From assembly GCF_001194135.2 (NCBI RefSeq), contig NC_069002.1, positions 31,002,642 through 31,040,152 of the forward strand: a stretch of DNA of 37,511 nt, read 5' to 3'. Shown in pieces: positions 1 through 10,938 of the stretch; positions within the stretch are counted from its first letter, which is position 1, and each line of letters starts with the position of its first letter. This DNA comes from Octopus bimaculoides. Lineage: Eukaryota. Made by a program: the position numbers and the translations under genes. The notes under the pieces are model-generated. The model was not told where the DNA came from. It did not search any database and worked only from the letters and a program-made list of their open reading frames with translations.

Positions 1-23
1 AGTCAACGGTCAATCATAATAAT

Positions 24-25
24 GA

Positions 26-73
<48 letters not shown>

Positions 74-97
74 CATTTATATATATAGATGTATATA
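24..97. repeat. (TA)n-type microsatellite
   Basis: Interrupted TA dinucleotide run; source of the spurious IYIY ORF 22..252. Confidence 0.9.
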
Positions 98-661
98 TTG
101 CCCAATGGTTGGCTCAATATATTGTTCTATGTTTGGGTTCCTTTGTTGTCCCATGTTTAGATTCATTCTTTTCAGAATGGTTCAGTAATCTCTACAGAAG
201 CTGGCCTCAGTTTTTCCTCACTTTAAGACACTTCCAACTGTCATTCGCTTAGAACTGAAACTGCCACCAGTTTAACTGGCAACCCTTTTATTTCACCATC
301 CATCAACTTGTACATCACAAGAGAAAGGTTGACATCATCTTTGGGTTTGTAGTTGTCTAGGATTTCTTTAATTTTGTTCTCCAAATGTATGTCCAGTTCT
401 CTTTCCTGACTGTCTCTTCTGACAGCTTTGGTGCTCTTGTTATTTAGACTTCCCTTAGTACTAAGAATTCATTCTTCTTATTTCGGCATTTGGTGAAAAT
501 TTCTGGCTCTAGAGATACCAACTGCTCACATGGCCCTTTTCCTTCAACATTTTTATATTCAAAGCCTCCAGGAACCCAGGATATTGTTAAAGATCCATTG
601 ATGCACTGCTTCCAGCATTCTGTATACATTCCTTCTCGGCAAGATTTACAGGTTTGTGATC

Positions 662-1045
662 TGTTGTTGGCACCCCGTCGCTTACGGACGTCGAGGGTTC
701 CAGTTGATCCAATCAATGGAACAGCCTGCTCGTGAAATTAACGTGCAAGTGGCTGAGCACTCCACAGACACGTGTACCCTTAACGTAGTTCTCGGGGATA
801 TTCAGCGTGACACAGTGTGACAAGGCTGTTCCTTTGAATTACAGGCACAAAAGAAACAGGAAGTAAGAGTGAGAGAAAGTTGTGGTGGAAGAGTACAGCA
901 GGGTTCGCCACCATCCCCTGCCAGAGCCTCGTGGAGCTTTAGGTGTTTTCGCTCAATAAACACTCACAACGCCCAGTCTGGGAATCGAAACCGCGATCCT
1001 ACGACCGCCATTCCGCTGCCCTAACCACTAGGCCATTGCGCCTCC
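662..1045 (-). mobile_element. Full-length tRNA-derived SINE inserted in the PP2C pseudogene
   Basis: Minus-strand head has an A box (TGGCCTAGTGG) and B box (GGTTTCGATTCC). Flanked by a perfect 14-bp TSD ACAGGTTTGTGATC (648-661, 1046-1059). Tail shared with copies at 2478-2650, 9425-9747 and 34257-34575. Confidence 0.92.
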
Positions 1046-1542
1046 ACAGGTTTGTGATCAGAAAGTGAACATTTACCTTCTTGACACAGAATCACCCAAG
1101 AATCTCTGCAATTAGCAAAGAAGTTGTGTGTTGGTGAGACAATAGCACATACTGCTGCAGAGCTACTTTTGTCTTCCCCACTAACCATTTCTGGTATTGT
1201 TCGCCTGCAGTCATCAAACTTAAGAAAGTCCGTCTTGATGTCTTTCGACACATCCATAATAGAGGGAAGAATTTCTGTACCCTGGCTGACATCAAGTTTG
1301 ACAAGAAAGTCTTCATTGGCAATGATATGTTCCATCAGCTGAGCTGCACAGTAGGCTGGTACCTTAACTCCAGCATGACCATCGAATATAGCGAAATAGT
1401 AAGGCCATGGGGTAGGCCGAGAGCTGCCGTGTGGGAATCCTCCATTTACACACGCCACCCCTGCGTACTGCTGAAGCCAAAACGAAGGCCATCTCCCGTT
1501 CCCACTTCATTATGTTTTTCTGGCTTGTGTATATCAAGAAAG

Positions 1543-1585
1543 GGTGATCTTTCTAGGTATTGTACCGAAAGATCATCCCATCACC
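1543..1585. mobile_element. 43-bp hairpin insertion with 8-bp target-site duplication
   Basis: CAAGAAAG at 1535-1542 and 1586-1593 flanks GGTGAT...ATCACC, with an internal stem TGATCTTTC/GAAAGATCA. It interrupts the pseudogene just after MGAFL. Confidence 0.65.
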
Positions 1586-2477
1586 CAAGAAAGCTCCCAT
1601 GACAACTTATTCCACAAGATTCTACACTTGATGGTGTCTGCATACACCTGAATGCTACTTGTTCCTCCTCTTACTTATTCAGATTTTCAACGTTTCCAGT
1701 TTATTTATTGTATATTTAGAAACTGAAGCAAGCTTTTGTTTACTTTAAAAATAAAAAAATATTAATCTGTTATCACTGTTTTTAAAAAGAGGGTGAAACA
1801 AAGATTAGTTGGAAACACAGAAAAAAACTTGTTCCATATCGAGTACAATTAAGGCTTCTTTCTCTAGTTTGTTTATCAATACGGTCCAACGTATATATAT
1901 CAATTTGAATATACATAGGAGTGCATATAAAAGCGTAAATATTGAGATAGAATGGGGGAAAAAAAGGAAAGAAAAACGGAGGTGACAGATATTAGAGTCT
2001 CTATGAATGTGTCGTTATCTTACATGGTTATCATGAAAAAAGACAAAACAAGGTACTTGTTAGATTAAAATAGAAACACTCTACGTACCATATATCAAAA
2101 GTTGTATGTTATCGAATATAAACGACATTGGGGTTTTATTATTTCTTTTTCCTTTCGACCTTTCGATCTGTTACTGTTTTTCTAAGCACAGCTATTTTGT
2201 TGTCGTTTTTGAATCGCAAGTTGAAGGGGGAAAATGATGGATCGTCGGGTGGAATCGTTTGCATTTAAAGATCTAGTGTTGCATGTTTGTTACTTATGTG
2301 TATATCCACAGCGAAGAAAGAATATCTCTTCCGAGATAATGTCGTTTCAGTAATTTTTGTTGACGTCAAAAAGTCTTAGAAGGGCGATACAGCCGTGATA
2401 GTTGAAGGTAAACTTTCGGAGGTGACAATTGTGACATCTTCTATAACTGTTTCAAAATGGCGGTACTGACGGTGTGT

Positions 2478-2650
2478 ATGTTGGCACTCCGTCGCTTACG
2501 ACGTCGAGGGTTCCAGTTGATCCGATCAACGGAACAGCCTGCTCGTGAAATTAACGTTCAAGTGGCTGAGCACTCCACAGACACGTATACCCTTAATGTA
2601 ATTCAGGGAGATTCCGTGTGACAAACCTGACCCTTTGAATTACAGGCACA
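2478..2650 (-). mobile_element. 5'-truncated SINE (tail only)
   Basis: Near-identical to 667-850 (ggcac.ccgtcgcttac..gacgtcgagggttccagttgatcc...ctttgaattacaggcaca). Confidence 0.85.
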
Positions 2651-2899
2651 ACATATTCTCCTGAGTTTGGATTTATATGTTATCCGATATTTATCTCATT
2701 GTGTTATCTTTGCATACACAGTATAGTCAAACGGTTAATTAACATATTTGTTTCTTTGTCAAAAGCCCACAGTTTCAATTCCACTGTAGTATCTTGGGCA
2801 AATCTAATTTTCTAATATCTTACGCTGACCCATACTTGAAAGTGAAATTTAGTTGACGGAAAATATATGTAAGTCCTTTGTATGGTTTTTACCAGTAAT

Positions 2900-3312
2900 T
2901 TAAAATGGCCGTATCAGGCTCGAATATTCTACCGAATATTTTTAAACCGGCCGGATCCAGCCTTTCACACTTTTCTTACAATGTCATTCTAAAAATAGAC
3001 AATTGCATCGTTGAAATCTCAAAGCTATGAGATAATGCATAGTTAAATTAAAATAATGTGTATAAATAAGCATTGCGTTTGACAGAGTAATATGAATGAT
3101 AAGAAGCTAAACCAGCCATATTAAGCCCAGATACTCCACCTGCTTTATGTTCGAACCAGCCAGCTCCAGCCTCTCACACCTACTCTACAATACCATTCTA
3201 AAAGTAAACAATCACATCGTTGAAATCTCAAAGCTACAAGATTAATGCATGACTAATTTAAAACAATGTGACTAAATAAGCATTACAGACTAATCTGAAT
3301 ACTGAGAGTTAG
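2900..3312 (+). mobile_element. Two tandem degenerate copies of a ~200-bp TTAA/piggyBac-type MITE (family 1)
   Basis: Both copies (2900-3105, 3110-3312) match the internal motif 'tacaat(g)tcattctaaaaat..acaat..catcgttgaaatctcaaagcta...tttgacagagtaatctgaat' of the TIR-bearing copy at 30393-30585. Confidence 0.7.
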
Positions 3313-3313
3313 A

Positions 3314-3695
3314 CTCTCTCTTTTACTCTTTTAGTCATTTGACTGTGGCCATGCTGGAGCACCGCCTTTAGTCGAGCAAATCGACCCCAGGACTTATTCT
3401 TTGTAAGCCAAGTACTTATTCTATCGGTCTCTTTTGCCGAACCTCTAAGTTACGGGGACATAAACACACCAGCATCGGTTGTCAAGCAATGCTAGGGGGA
3501 CAAACACACACACACATATTTATATATATATATATATATACGATGGGCTTCTTTCAGTTTCCGTCTATCAAATCCACTTACAAGGCTTTGGTCGGCCCGA
3601 GGCTATAGTAGAAGACACTTGCCCAAGATGCCACGCAGTGGGACTGAACCCGGAACCATGTGGTTGATAAGCAAGCTACTTACCACATAGCCACT
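3314..3695 (-). mobile_element. tRNA-derived SINE (family B), near full length
   Basis: Minus head agtggctatgtggtaagtagcttgc..ggttccgggttcagtcccactg, internal (TA)/(CA) tract and ..aaaagagtaaaagagag tail. Multiple copies in the window. Confidence 0.88.
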
Positions 3696-3990
3696 CGTCA
3701 TATAAGACCCAAATATTCCACTTGTTTTATGTTCACACTGGCCAAATCTACTCTATAATGTCATAACACCAGATTGTCAAAGTATGCACAACCATCCCAA
3801 CACCTTCCTGCATCCTGAAGGTGGGATCTATTTCATGTCATTGAGATTTACTCCTCTCAACAATTAAAGGTGATTAAGAATTTGGCTGGCTCTTATCCCT
3901 TGATGTGTCTTGCATGGCTGATTTTACCAGGAGATTGCTCCCCCACCATTGATCTCCAGGTCACGATTCATACAAGCTCTTTAATCATAA

Positions 3991-4322
<332 letters not shown>

Positions 4323-4499
4323 TGTATGAGTGCTTTTTGAAGAATCATATAATCTTATTAAAAGCACCTTCTCAGTGTTTAGCAAAAAATATAAAGAACG
4401 CTGTTAAGTGATCAATATATATCTCCATTATGCAAATTATCAACAACATCAATGGAATGGCTGAATACAGGGCACAGGGTAGTAGGAGAAACAAGGGTA

Positions 4500-4938
4500 T
4501 GGAATAAAACCTTCTATCAGAACTTCATGTTAATTTGTTTCAAACACCAGCTCAATAGAAATAAAGTTATATTATTTTCAAAACTAATTTAAACAAAAGT
4601 AGTATATTTCAACAGAAATATGGTAAGAAAAGGGTTAAAGTGATCCAAAATCTTCCATCAAAATTATAAATTATGTTTCAAATACCAGATTAATAATGAC
4701 AAAGTTATGTCATGAAACTCTTCATTACTAGCAAAGTTAATTGAAACAGAGGCAGGGAATTTTAGCAGAAATGCGGTAACAAAAGGGTTAAAGTCTTCTA
4801 TCAAAATTATAAATTAATTAGTGTTTCAAATACCAGATTAATAATGACAAAGTTATTTTACAAAATCCTTTATTACTTTGAAAATTTATTGAAACAAAGG
4901 CAGCATAATACAACAGAAATATGATAACAAAGAGGTTA
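4500..4938 (-). mobile_element. Three head-to-tail partial copies (~150 bp) of TTAA MITE family 2
   Basis: Each unit ends 'caacagaaatatg.taac..aagggttaa' (4638, 4790, 4938), the reverse complement of the left end of 10202-10431. Confidence 0.75.
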
Positions 4939-6047
4939 ACAATTTTGTTCAACTTTGTCTAAATCTCCCCTGTTTTGTTATATATCTTGTTGTTTTGCCA
5001 TAATTTTGTTGAGTCAAGTATTGTCAAACTGACTCCGCCACCTTTGTCTTATAAACTTAATCCTCTGATTCTAATAATGGTCAGTATTGTCATATTTAGT
5101 GTTGCACATTGTCTTTTGTCTGTTTTGTAGTTTCTTTCTGTTGTTTTGTTTGTTTCTTAGATATTTTATTGAATTATTTATTTGTTCTAAGTAAGAATTA
5201 ATCTGATTTCCCCAAGGTGTCTCTTCTCTCAAGATCTCCAATAAAATGTCTGAATCTTGTAAACATTAATATATAACTACTATATATATGTGAATGTATA
5301 TTCACATATATATATACATGCATGTGAGTGTGTGTATGGTGTGTGTGTTTTCAATTTTTGTGAGACCTTTAAGTGCAATGTGTGTGCATATATATATATA
5401 TATAATTATTTTTGATTATCTGGGGCCCATATGGATTGTGTACCCCTAAACTGTAATTTGTTTGGTTTATCCCTAAATCTGGCACTACTCCTTGATGTGT
5501 TTGTTAGACTATCCACTTCATCATAGTAAACCAATTTACCAGTTCACCAATTTACCAATTTATTCTATTTTTGAAAAATATGTAAAAGGACTTATCAAAT
5601 GTCTTCTTTTAAACAATAAAAACGTCAACTTTGCTTTTTATCCTATAAAGGTTGATAAAAAAAAAGTACCAGTCGAGAGCAATGGATTGGTAGATCATAA
5701 CCATGTCAGTTGACATGTCTTGTGCTATCTGTTCTGGCTCTGCATGTTCTGAGTTCAAATCCTGCTTTGTCACCAAATAACAGTAATTCTTCTGTTGGGA
5801 GTTGTGAAGAATTCAGGTAATATCAACGATTTGAAAGACTAAAACCAACAGAAACAATTTTATTTGGTTTGACCCAAATACCAATTGCCACCAACTTGAA
5901 GAATGTGGTTGGCTGAAAGAATAGTGTGCCAGAAAACCAAATGAGAAGGTCACTAGTTCAAACCTTATTACTAGTTGTGGATTCTGTCCTTGGTCAATAC
6001 ACTCAACTCTCGATGGTCCAGTTAACCTATCCGTAAACGTGTATACT

Positions 6048-6353
6048 AATGATCATGGGATTGCACCTAGAAAGTTCCCCTCCAAAGCACAAGTCCAAGC
6101 AAGATTGTTTATGGAAAACCAGCAGTCGCCCATGCATACCGGTTTTGCCTCTCCATACCACCAACATTATCCAAGAGAAAGGCAAAAGCTGATGAAGCTT
6201 GACACCAATAACATCCCAATTCATTTCTACACTTGAGTGAACTGGGGCAACGTGAAATGAAGTATCTTGCTCAAGAAGACAACACACAGCCTAGTCTGGG
6301 GATCAAACTCACTACCTCATGATTGTGAGCTTAACACTCTAACCACTGAGCCA
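6048..6353 (-). mobile_element. tRNA-derived SINE (family C)
   Basis: Matches the copies at 22288-22901 (gattgcacctagaaagtt..gaactgg.gcaacgtgaaat..ctctaaccactgagcc); minus-strand head tggctcagtggttagag. Confidence 0.85.
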
Positions 6354-6912
6354 GTTGACTGTTATATGTAGAAACAGGATGGAGTTGATTTCCTCTTGTA
6401 AAAGAATGCCATCTTTGATAACTATGTGTCCTATCCAGGGGGAGGTCTGTTTCTCACGAAGTCGCTTGCTAAAAAAGGGAAAAAAAGGTTAAAAACTTTG
6501 AGAAAAAAATGTTTTAAAATGAGCAACAAAATTATATTAGATTCATAAACAATACAAAAAATTCTTAGTCTGAGAAAATCAATGATGATGGCCTGTTGTT
6601 GACAAAATGATGCCATAAGAATTTGTAGAATGGAATATTCAAACAATAAGGCACCTTGGAAACAATATATATATTAGATCTGTTGCCTTGGTAACAAATC
6701 ATATCAGATTTGTTGCTTTGGTACCAGAATCCATCCTGTCTGCAGCCTTGGTAATAAAATTGATTAGAAATGCTGCTTTGGTAAGAAAATTATTGAGTCT
6801 GCTGTTGTCATGGTAGCAAAATTTATCCGATCCATTGCTGCAATAAACGAATCTTCTGCCAATGTTGGACTTAAATCTCTTAAGCAGTCCAACACCACCA
6901 CCACCACCTCAC

Positions 6913-7330
6913 TCTTAACTCTTCTGTTACCATATTGCTACTGAAATACACTGCCTTTGTTGCAGTTCTGAAAATAATGGAAAATTTTGTAGAATATCTT
7001 GGATTATTTAAGCTTATGTGTGGAACATAAATGAGCATGAAATTTTGATGGAAGATTTTAATTTAGACATGAAGTTTGAATCATAAAACCAGGGGCAGGC
7101 TCAAGCAGGTTGGTGCCAAAAGGGTTGACCCTTTTGTTACCATATTTCTGTTAAAATATGCTGCCTTTGTTTTAATAAATTTTAAAAATAATGAAGAGTT
7201 TTTGGTAGAATATCTTGGATTATTAATCTGGTGCTTGGAAAATAGATTAACAAAGCTTTGAAAGAAGTATATTATGCAGACAGCTTTAAATAAGAATTTT
7301 GCATCATAGAACCACAAGTAGTCTCTAGCA
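6913..7330 (+). mobile_element. Tandem degenerate copies of TTAA MITE family 2
   Basis: ttaactcttctgttaccatatt... ending ggttggtgccaaaagggttga (~7129), immediately followed by cccttttgttaccatatttctgtt. Confidence 0.7.
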
Positions 7331-7738
7331 AAATGATGCCAAAATGGTTAAGTGACTTTAGCTCAGTCCATTCAGTTACAAGCACCAGGTCTGAGAATGA
7401 TTCTCTCCTTCCTCCCAATGGCATCAGGGAATTATGGGTGTTGTACAATCTTCACCAAAATAAATTATGAAAAGAAAAGAAGAGACATTAGATGGGAGAA
7501 ATGAAGGACAAAGAATTAGTCAAAGAGAATATTTGGTTTAGAACCTTATATTGAAGTGCTTTAGTCTTCGGTTTTAACACAGTCGATGTCCATTTATGAT
7601 TCCATAAACTTCTTTCAGTCATTGACAGCAGTTTCTTCATGAACAAAAATCAACATAAACTTCTTTGACTGGCAAAAGCTGAAAGACCTTTCCATATTGG
7701 TACTATTAACATATGCACCATATGGCTGGAGCATAAGT

Positions 7739-7900
7739 TCAACCCTTTAGCATTTAAACTGACCATATCTGGCTCAAATATTCTATCTGTTTTATGTTGA
7801 AACTGGTCAGATTTGGTTTCTCACACTTACCCTACAATGTCATTCTAAAAATAAACAATCATGTCTTCAAAATCTTGATACTACAAGGCATTACAGGATT
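7739..7900 (+). mobile_element. Partial TTAA MITE family 1
   Basis: aaccctttagcatttaaactgacc...ccctacaatgtcattctaaaaataaacaatc. Confidence 0.7.
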
Positions 7901-8052
7901 AATGAAACAAGTAAAAGAAAACAAAAAGACATTTTCACTCTAATTTTCTCTGATTTCTCTAAATTTTTCAAATTTCTCCAAATTCTTCAAATTTCTCCAA
8001 ATTTTTAAAATTTCTTCAAATTCTTCCTGCAAATGTCCAGCATGCTCTAAGC

Positions 8053-8345
8053 CAGTGTTTCTCAACCATTTTTTTGGTTTTTTTTACTTATGGACCCCTT
8101 TGGTTCCTATCTTGCTCAGATAGACCCTCCTAGCCATTCGATGTTTTAAAAAACCCAATTATATTTTTATAATTAAAAATTATTAAGAATCGTATAAAAA
8201 AAATTGTTTAAATATGTTGTATATTGTAGAAGCTTAACCAATTTATTGCAGATAAAGTTTAATTTTAAAAAAAAAGGTCTTATATGGATCCTCAAGCATC
8301 ATATGGACCTCCAGAGGCCATATGGACCCTAGTTGGGAATCACTG
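8053..8345. mobile_element. hAT-type MITE
   Basis: TIRs CAGTGTTTCTCAAC / GTTGGGAATCACTG. Flanking 8-mers ctctaagc and cacaaagc match at 6/8 (decayed TSD). Repeated internal tatggaccc motifs. Confidence 0.75.
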
Positions 8346-8659
8346 CACAAAGCAGCTTTTCTCAAATATTTCTTTCTTCTTTTAACTGCACTGCATGGCT
8401 TTTGCTGTTTTGTTTTTCTTCAAATTTATATTTTTGAGGTGTTGAGTGAGGTGAGGAGACATATGTGTTTCTTAAACTTTGATAAGAAGGTAATCCTAAC
8501 CAAAAATGTATTTATTCATTTATTTGTTGATTAATTTATATGTTTATTATTTACTTTTTCAAACTGATAAAAGTTAATATAATCATTCCAGTAAAATAAC
8601 TAAGTAAATGTGAAAAGATTTAGAGGTTTTTAAGGTTAGGATAATAATCGGAAAAGTAG

Positions 8660-8842
8660 TGATGATAATGATGATGATGATGAAGATGATGAAGGTGATG
8701 ACAATGATGAATACAATTATGACCGTTACTGTTGTGATGACAATAAGAGCGACACAGCCCCTAATAATGGTAATGATAACAGGGATAATAATGATGATGC
8801 TGATGCTGATAGTGGGGAATATGATGATGATGATGATGATTA
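8660..8842. repeat. Degenerate (GAT/AAT)n low-complexity tract
   Basis: Source of the spurious Met- and His-rich ORFs. Confidence 0.85.
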
Positions 8843-9114
8843 ATCCCCACAGTTAAGAACACAAGAATCAGACTTTTTTTAGTGTTTTTTTTTTTAATTA
8901 AAAATAATAGCAATTTTTTTATTAAGCAAAACGACAGATACATTTTTATATGATTTGATTTTTGGCTTTCTTGATAATGTTGTAGTTACTGCAGTTTTGG
9001 TTTGTTTTAGGGAACACAATTCATAGAATGGAGTTGATTGCAATGAAGAATTATAATTCTGTCAGAGTACTGACCATTATTATTATTATCATCATGTTTG
9101 TTCATTTTCTTTGA

Positions 9115-9294
9115 CCATTGACAATTGGTGTTGGTGTGTTACACCTCCCCCCCTCATAAATTAACAGTTCAGCAAAAGAGACTTATAGAATAAGTACCAG
9201 GCTTAGAAACAGAACTGGGTCAATTTGTTTGATTAAAATTCTTCGAGGCAGTGCCCCAGCATGGCCACAGTCTGAAACAAGTAAAAGATAAAAG
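9115..9294 (+). mobile_element. SINE family B 3' fragment
   Basis: gaataagtaccaggctt..gccccagcatggccacagtc..gaaacaagtaaaagataaaag. Confidence 0.7.
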
Positions 9295-9424
9295 ACATCA
9301 TGTCTTTGGAATATTTTTAGAGATATTTTGATGTCTGCTGCTCCAAATAGAATTCAACGTATGATGTATGAATAGAGGGGGGTATCTGATGTGAAATATG
9401 TTCTCTGGGAGCAGAAATATTACT

Positions 9425-9747
9425 GGCACGCCATCAGTTATGATGACAAGGGTTCCAGTTGATCTGATCAACAGAACAGCCTGCTCTTGAAATTAATGTG
9501 CAAATGGTTGAGCATTCCACAGACTTGTGTACCCTTAATGTAGTTCTCAGGGAGATTTGGCATGACACAGAATGTGACAAGACTGTCCCTTTGAAATACA
9601 AGTACTACTCATTTTTTCCAGCTGAATAGACTGGAGCAACATGAAATGAAGTGTCTTGCTCAAGAACATAATGTGTCGCCAGGAATTGAACTCATGACCT
9701 TGCGATCTTGAGCTGAATACTCTAGCCACTAAGTCACATGCCTTCAC
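9425..9747 (-). mobile_element. tRNA-derived SINE (family D)
   Basis: Reverse complement of the copy at 34257-34575; head gtgaaggcatgtgacttagtggctagag..gagttcaattcc. Confidence 0.85.
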
Positions 9748-9949
9748 AGCAGGAATATTAATAAGGAAGGAATTGTTCTGCTCCATACTTCAAACAGTTC
9801 ACATTTCTGATATGGAATGGGTTTTTTATGTATTTAAGCATTAAAAACTTATATAAAAATATCATTTTATTTTAAGCTTTCAGTTTTAAAATGATTTAAA
9901 TCAAAACCTTCCTTCAAATATTATGTGAAATTTTAGCTCAAACTCTAGC

Positions 9950-10431
9950 TTAATCTTTTTGTTACCATATTTCAGTTGAGATGCTCTGTGTTTCTTTAAA
10001 TTAATTTTAAATATAACAAAGAATTTAGTAAAATAACTTAGTTATCATTAAGCTAGTGTTAAGAACATGAATTGTGACTCAGGTTTGGTGGAAGATTTAA
10101 TTAAGAACTTTTGAAAACAAGACATTTGTACTACAGAGCCAGATGCAGTTTCAGTCAGGTTGGTATCAAAAGGGTTAAGAATTGTTTCTCTATTATATAT
10201 TTTAACCCTTTTGTTACAATATTTCAGTTGAGATGCCCAGAGTTTCTTCCAATTAATTTTAAATATAACAAAGAATTTAGTAAAATAACTTAGTTATCAT
10301 TAAGCTAGTGTTAAGAACATAAATCGTGACTATGGTTTGGTGGAAGATTTTGATTCAGAACTTTTGAAAACAAGACGTTTAAAGTACAGAGCCAGAGCTG
10401 GTTTCAGGCAGGTTGGTGTCAAAAAGGTTAA
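9950..10431 (+). mobile_element. Two tandem full-length ~230-bp piggyBac-type MITEs (family 2)
   Basis: Units 9950-10178 and 10202-10431, each bounded by TTAA with (CCCT)TTTGTTA ... TCAAAAGGG-like termini; the two units are highly similar. Confidence 0.8.
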
Positions 10432-10752
10432 AGAATGAGAAAATTCATGGGGTGCACACAGAATAGTGAGAATCCAAGCAATAATGTATCTATTCATTCT
10501 TAAAACATTCTGCCAGATTTAAATGTTCCATGGATGTCAATGAATATGGAAATCAAAAGAGAATATGTCCTGCATTTCAGAATTCCACCTTACAGAAATT
10601 TTCAGGAATGCAATGTTTCCATAATATAATGAGGGATTCTGTAGACTATTTCTTGGTTTCAGACATTATATTTCCCAAGACATTCCATTGTTTCATTTTT
10701 CATTAACAAAAAATCTTGTTTTCTTTTTTTCTTTTTTCTTATCTTTTTACAG

Positions 10753-10938
10753 AAAGTGTCCCTTTACATCACAGTCGTTGATTACGATCGTATTGGGACT
10801 TCCGAACCTATTGGGCGAACCTTCCTTGGCTGCAACTCCACTGGTACTGAATTGCGTCATTGGAGTGACATGTTGGCTAATCCTCGCCGACCAATTGCGC
10901 AATGGCATACTCTTCAAGAAGTGCCCGAGAAGAATTAG
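10753..10938 (+). CDS. Syt1: Synaptotagmin-1, terminal coding exon (C-terminal half of C2B)
   Basis: Strong acceptor (ttttcttatctttttacAG, phase 0), then [64 protein letters not shown]. The [12 protein letters not shown] loop, [10 protein letters not shown] and the intron before 'KV' match invertebrate Syt1. I found no upstream exon in the window. Confidence 0.95.
   Translation, partial: KVSLYITVVDYDRIGTSEPIGRTFLGCNSTGTELRHWSDMLANPRRPIAQWHTLQEVPEKN

Larger units (their letters stand above)
215..1600 (-). pseudogene. PPM1A/B (pseudo): Processed pseudogene of a PP2C-family Ser/Thr phosphatase (PPM1A/PPM1B-like)
   Basis: Minus-strand translation with frameshifts: MGAFL(D)..[69 protein letters not shown] (to ~1046). 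After the SINE: INGSL..FEYKNVEGKGPCEQLVSLEPE..EFLVL/KGS..APKLSEE..ELDIHLENKIKEIL..GGSFSSKR. No introns; several frameshifts; the ACDG(I/V)WDV segment is deleted. Confidence 0.9.

Noticed and set aside
2821-2880. 'ADPYLKVK' resembling the Syt C2B 'DPYVK' exon
   Set aside because: There is a stop five codons later and no KKKT motif; the DNA aligns with a degenerate SINE B segment (cttgggcaa...gacggaaa).
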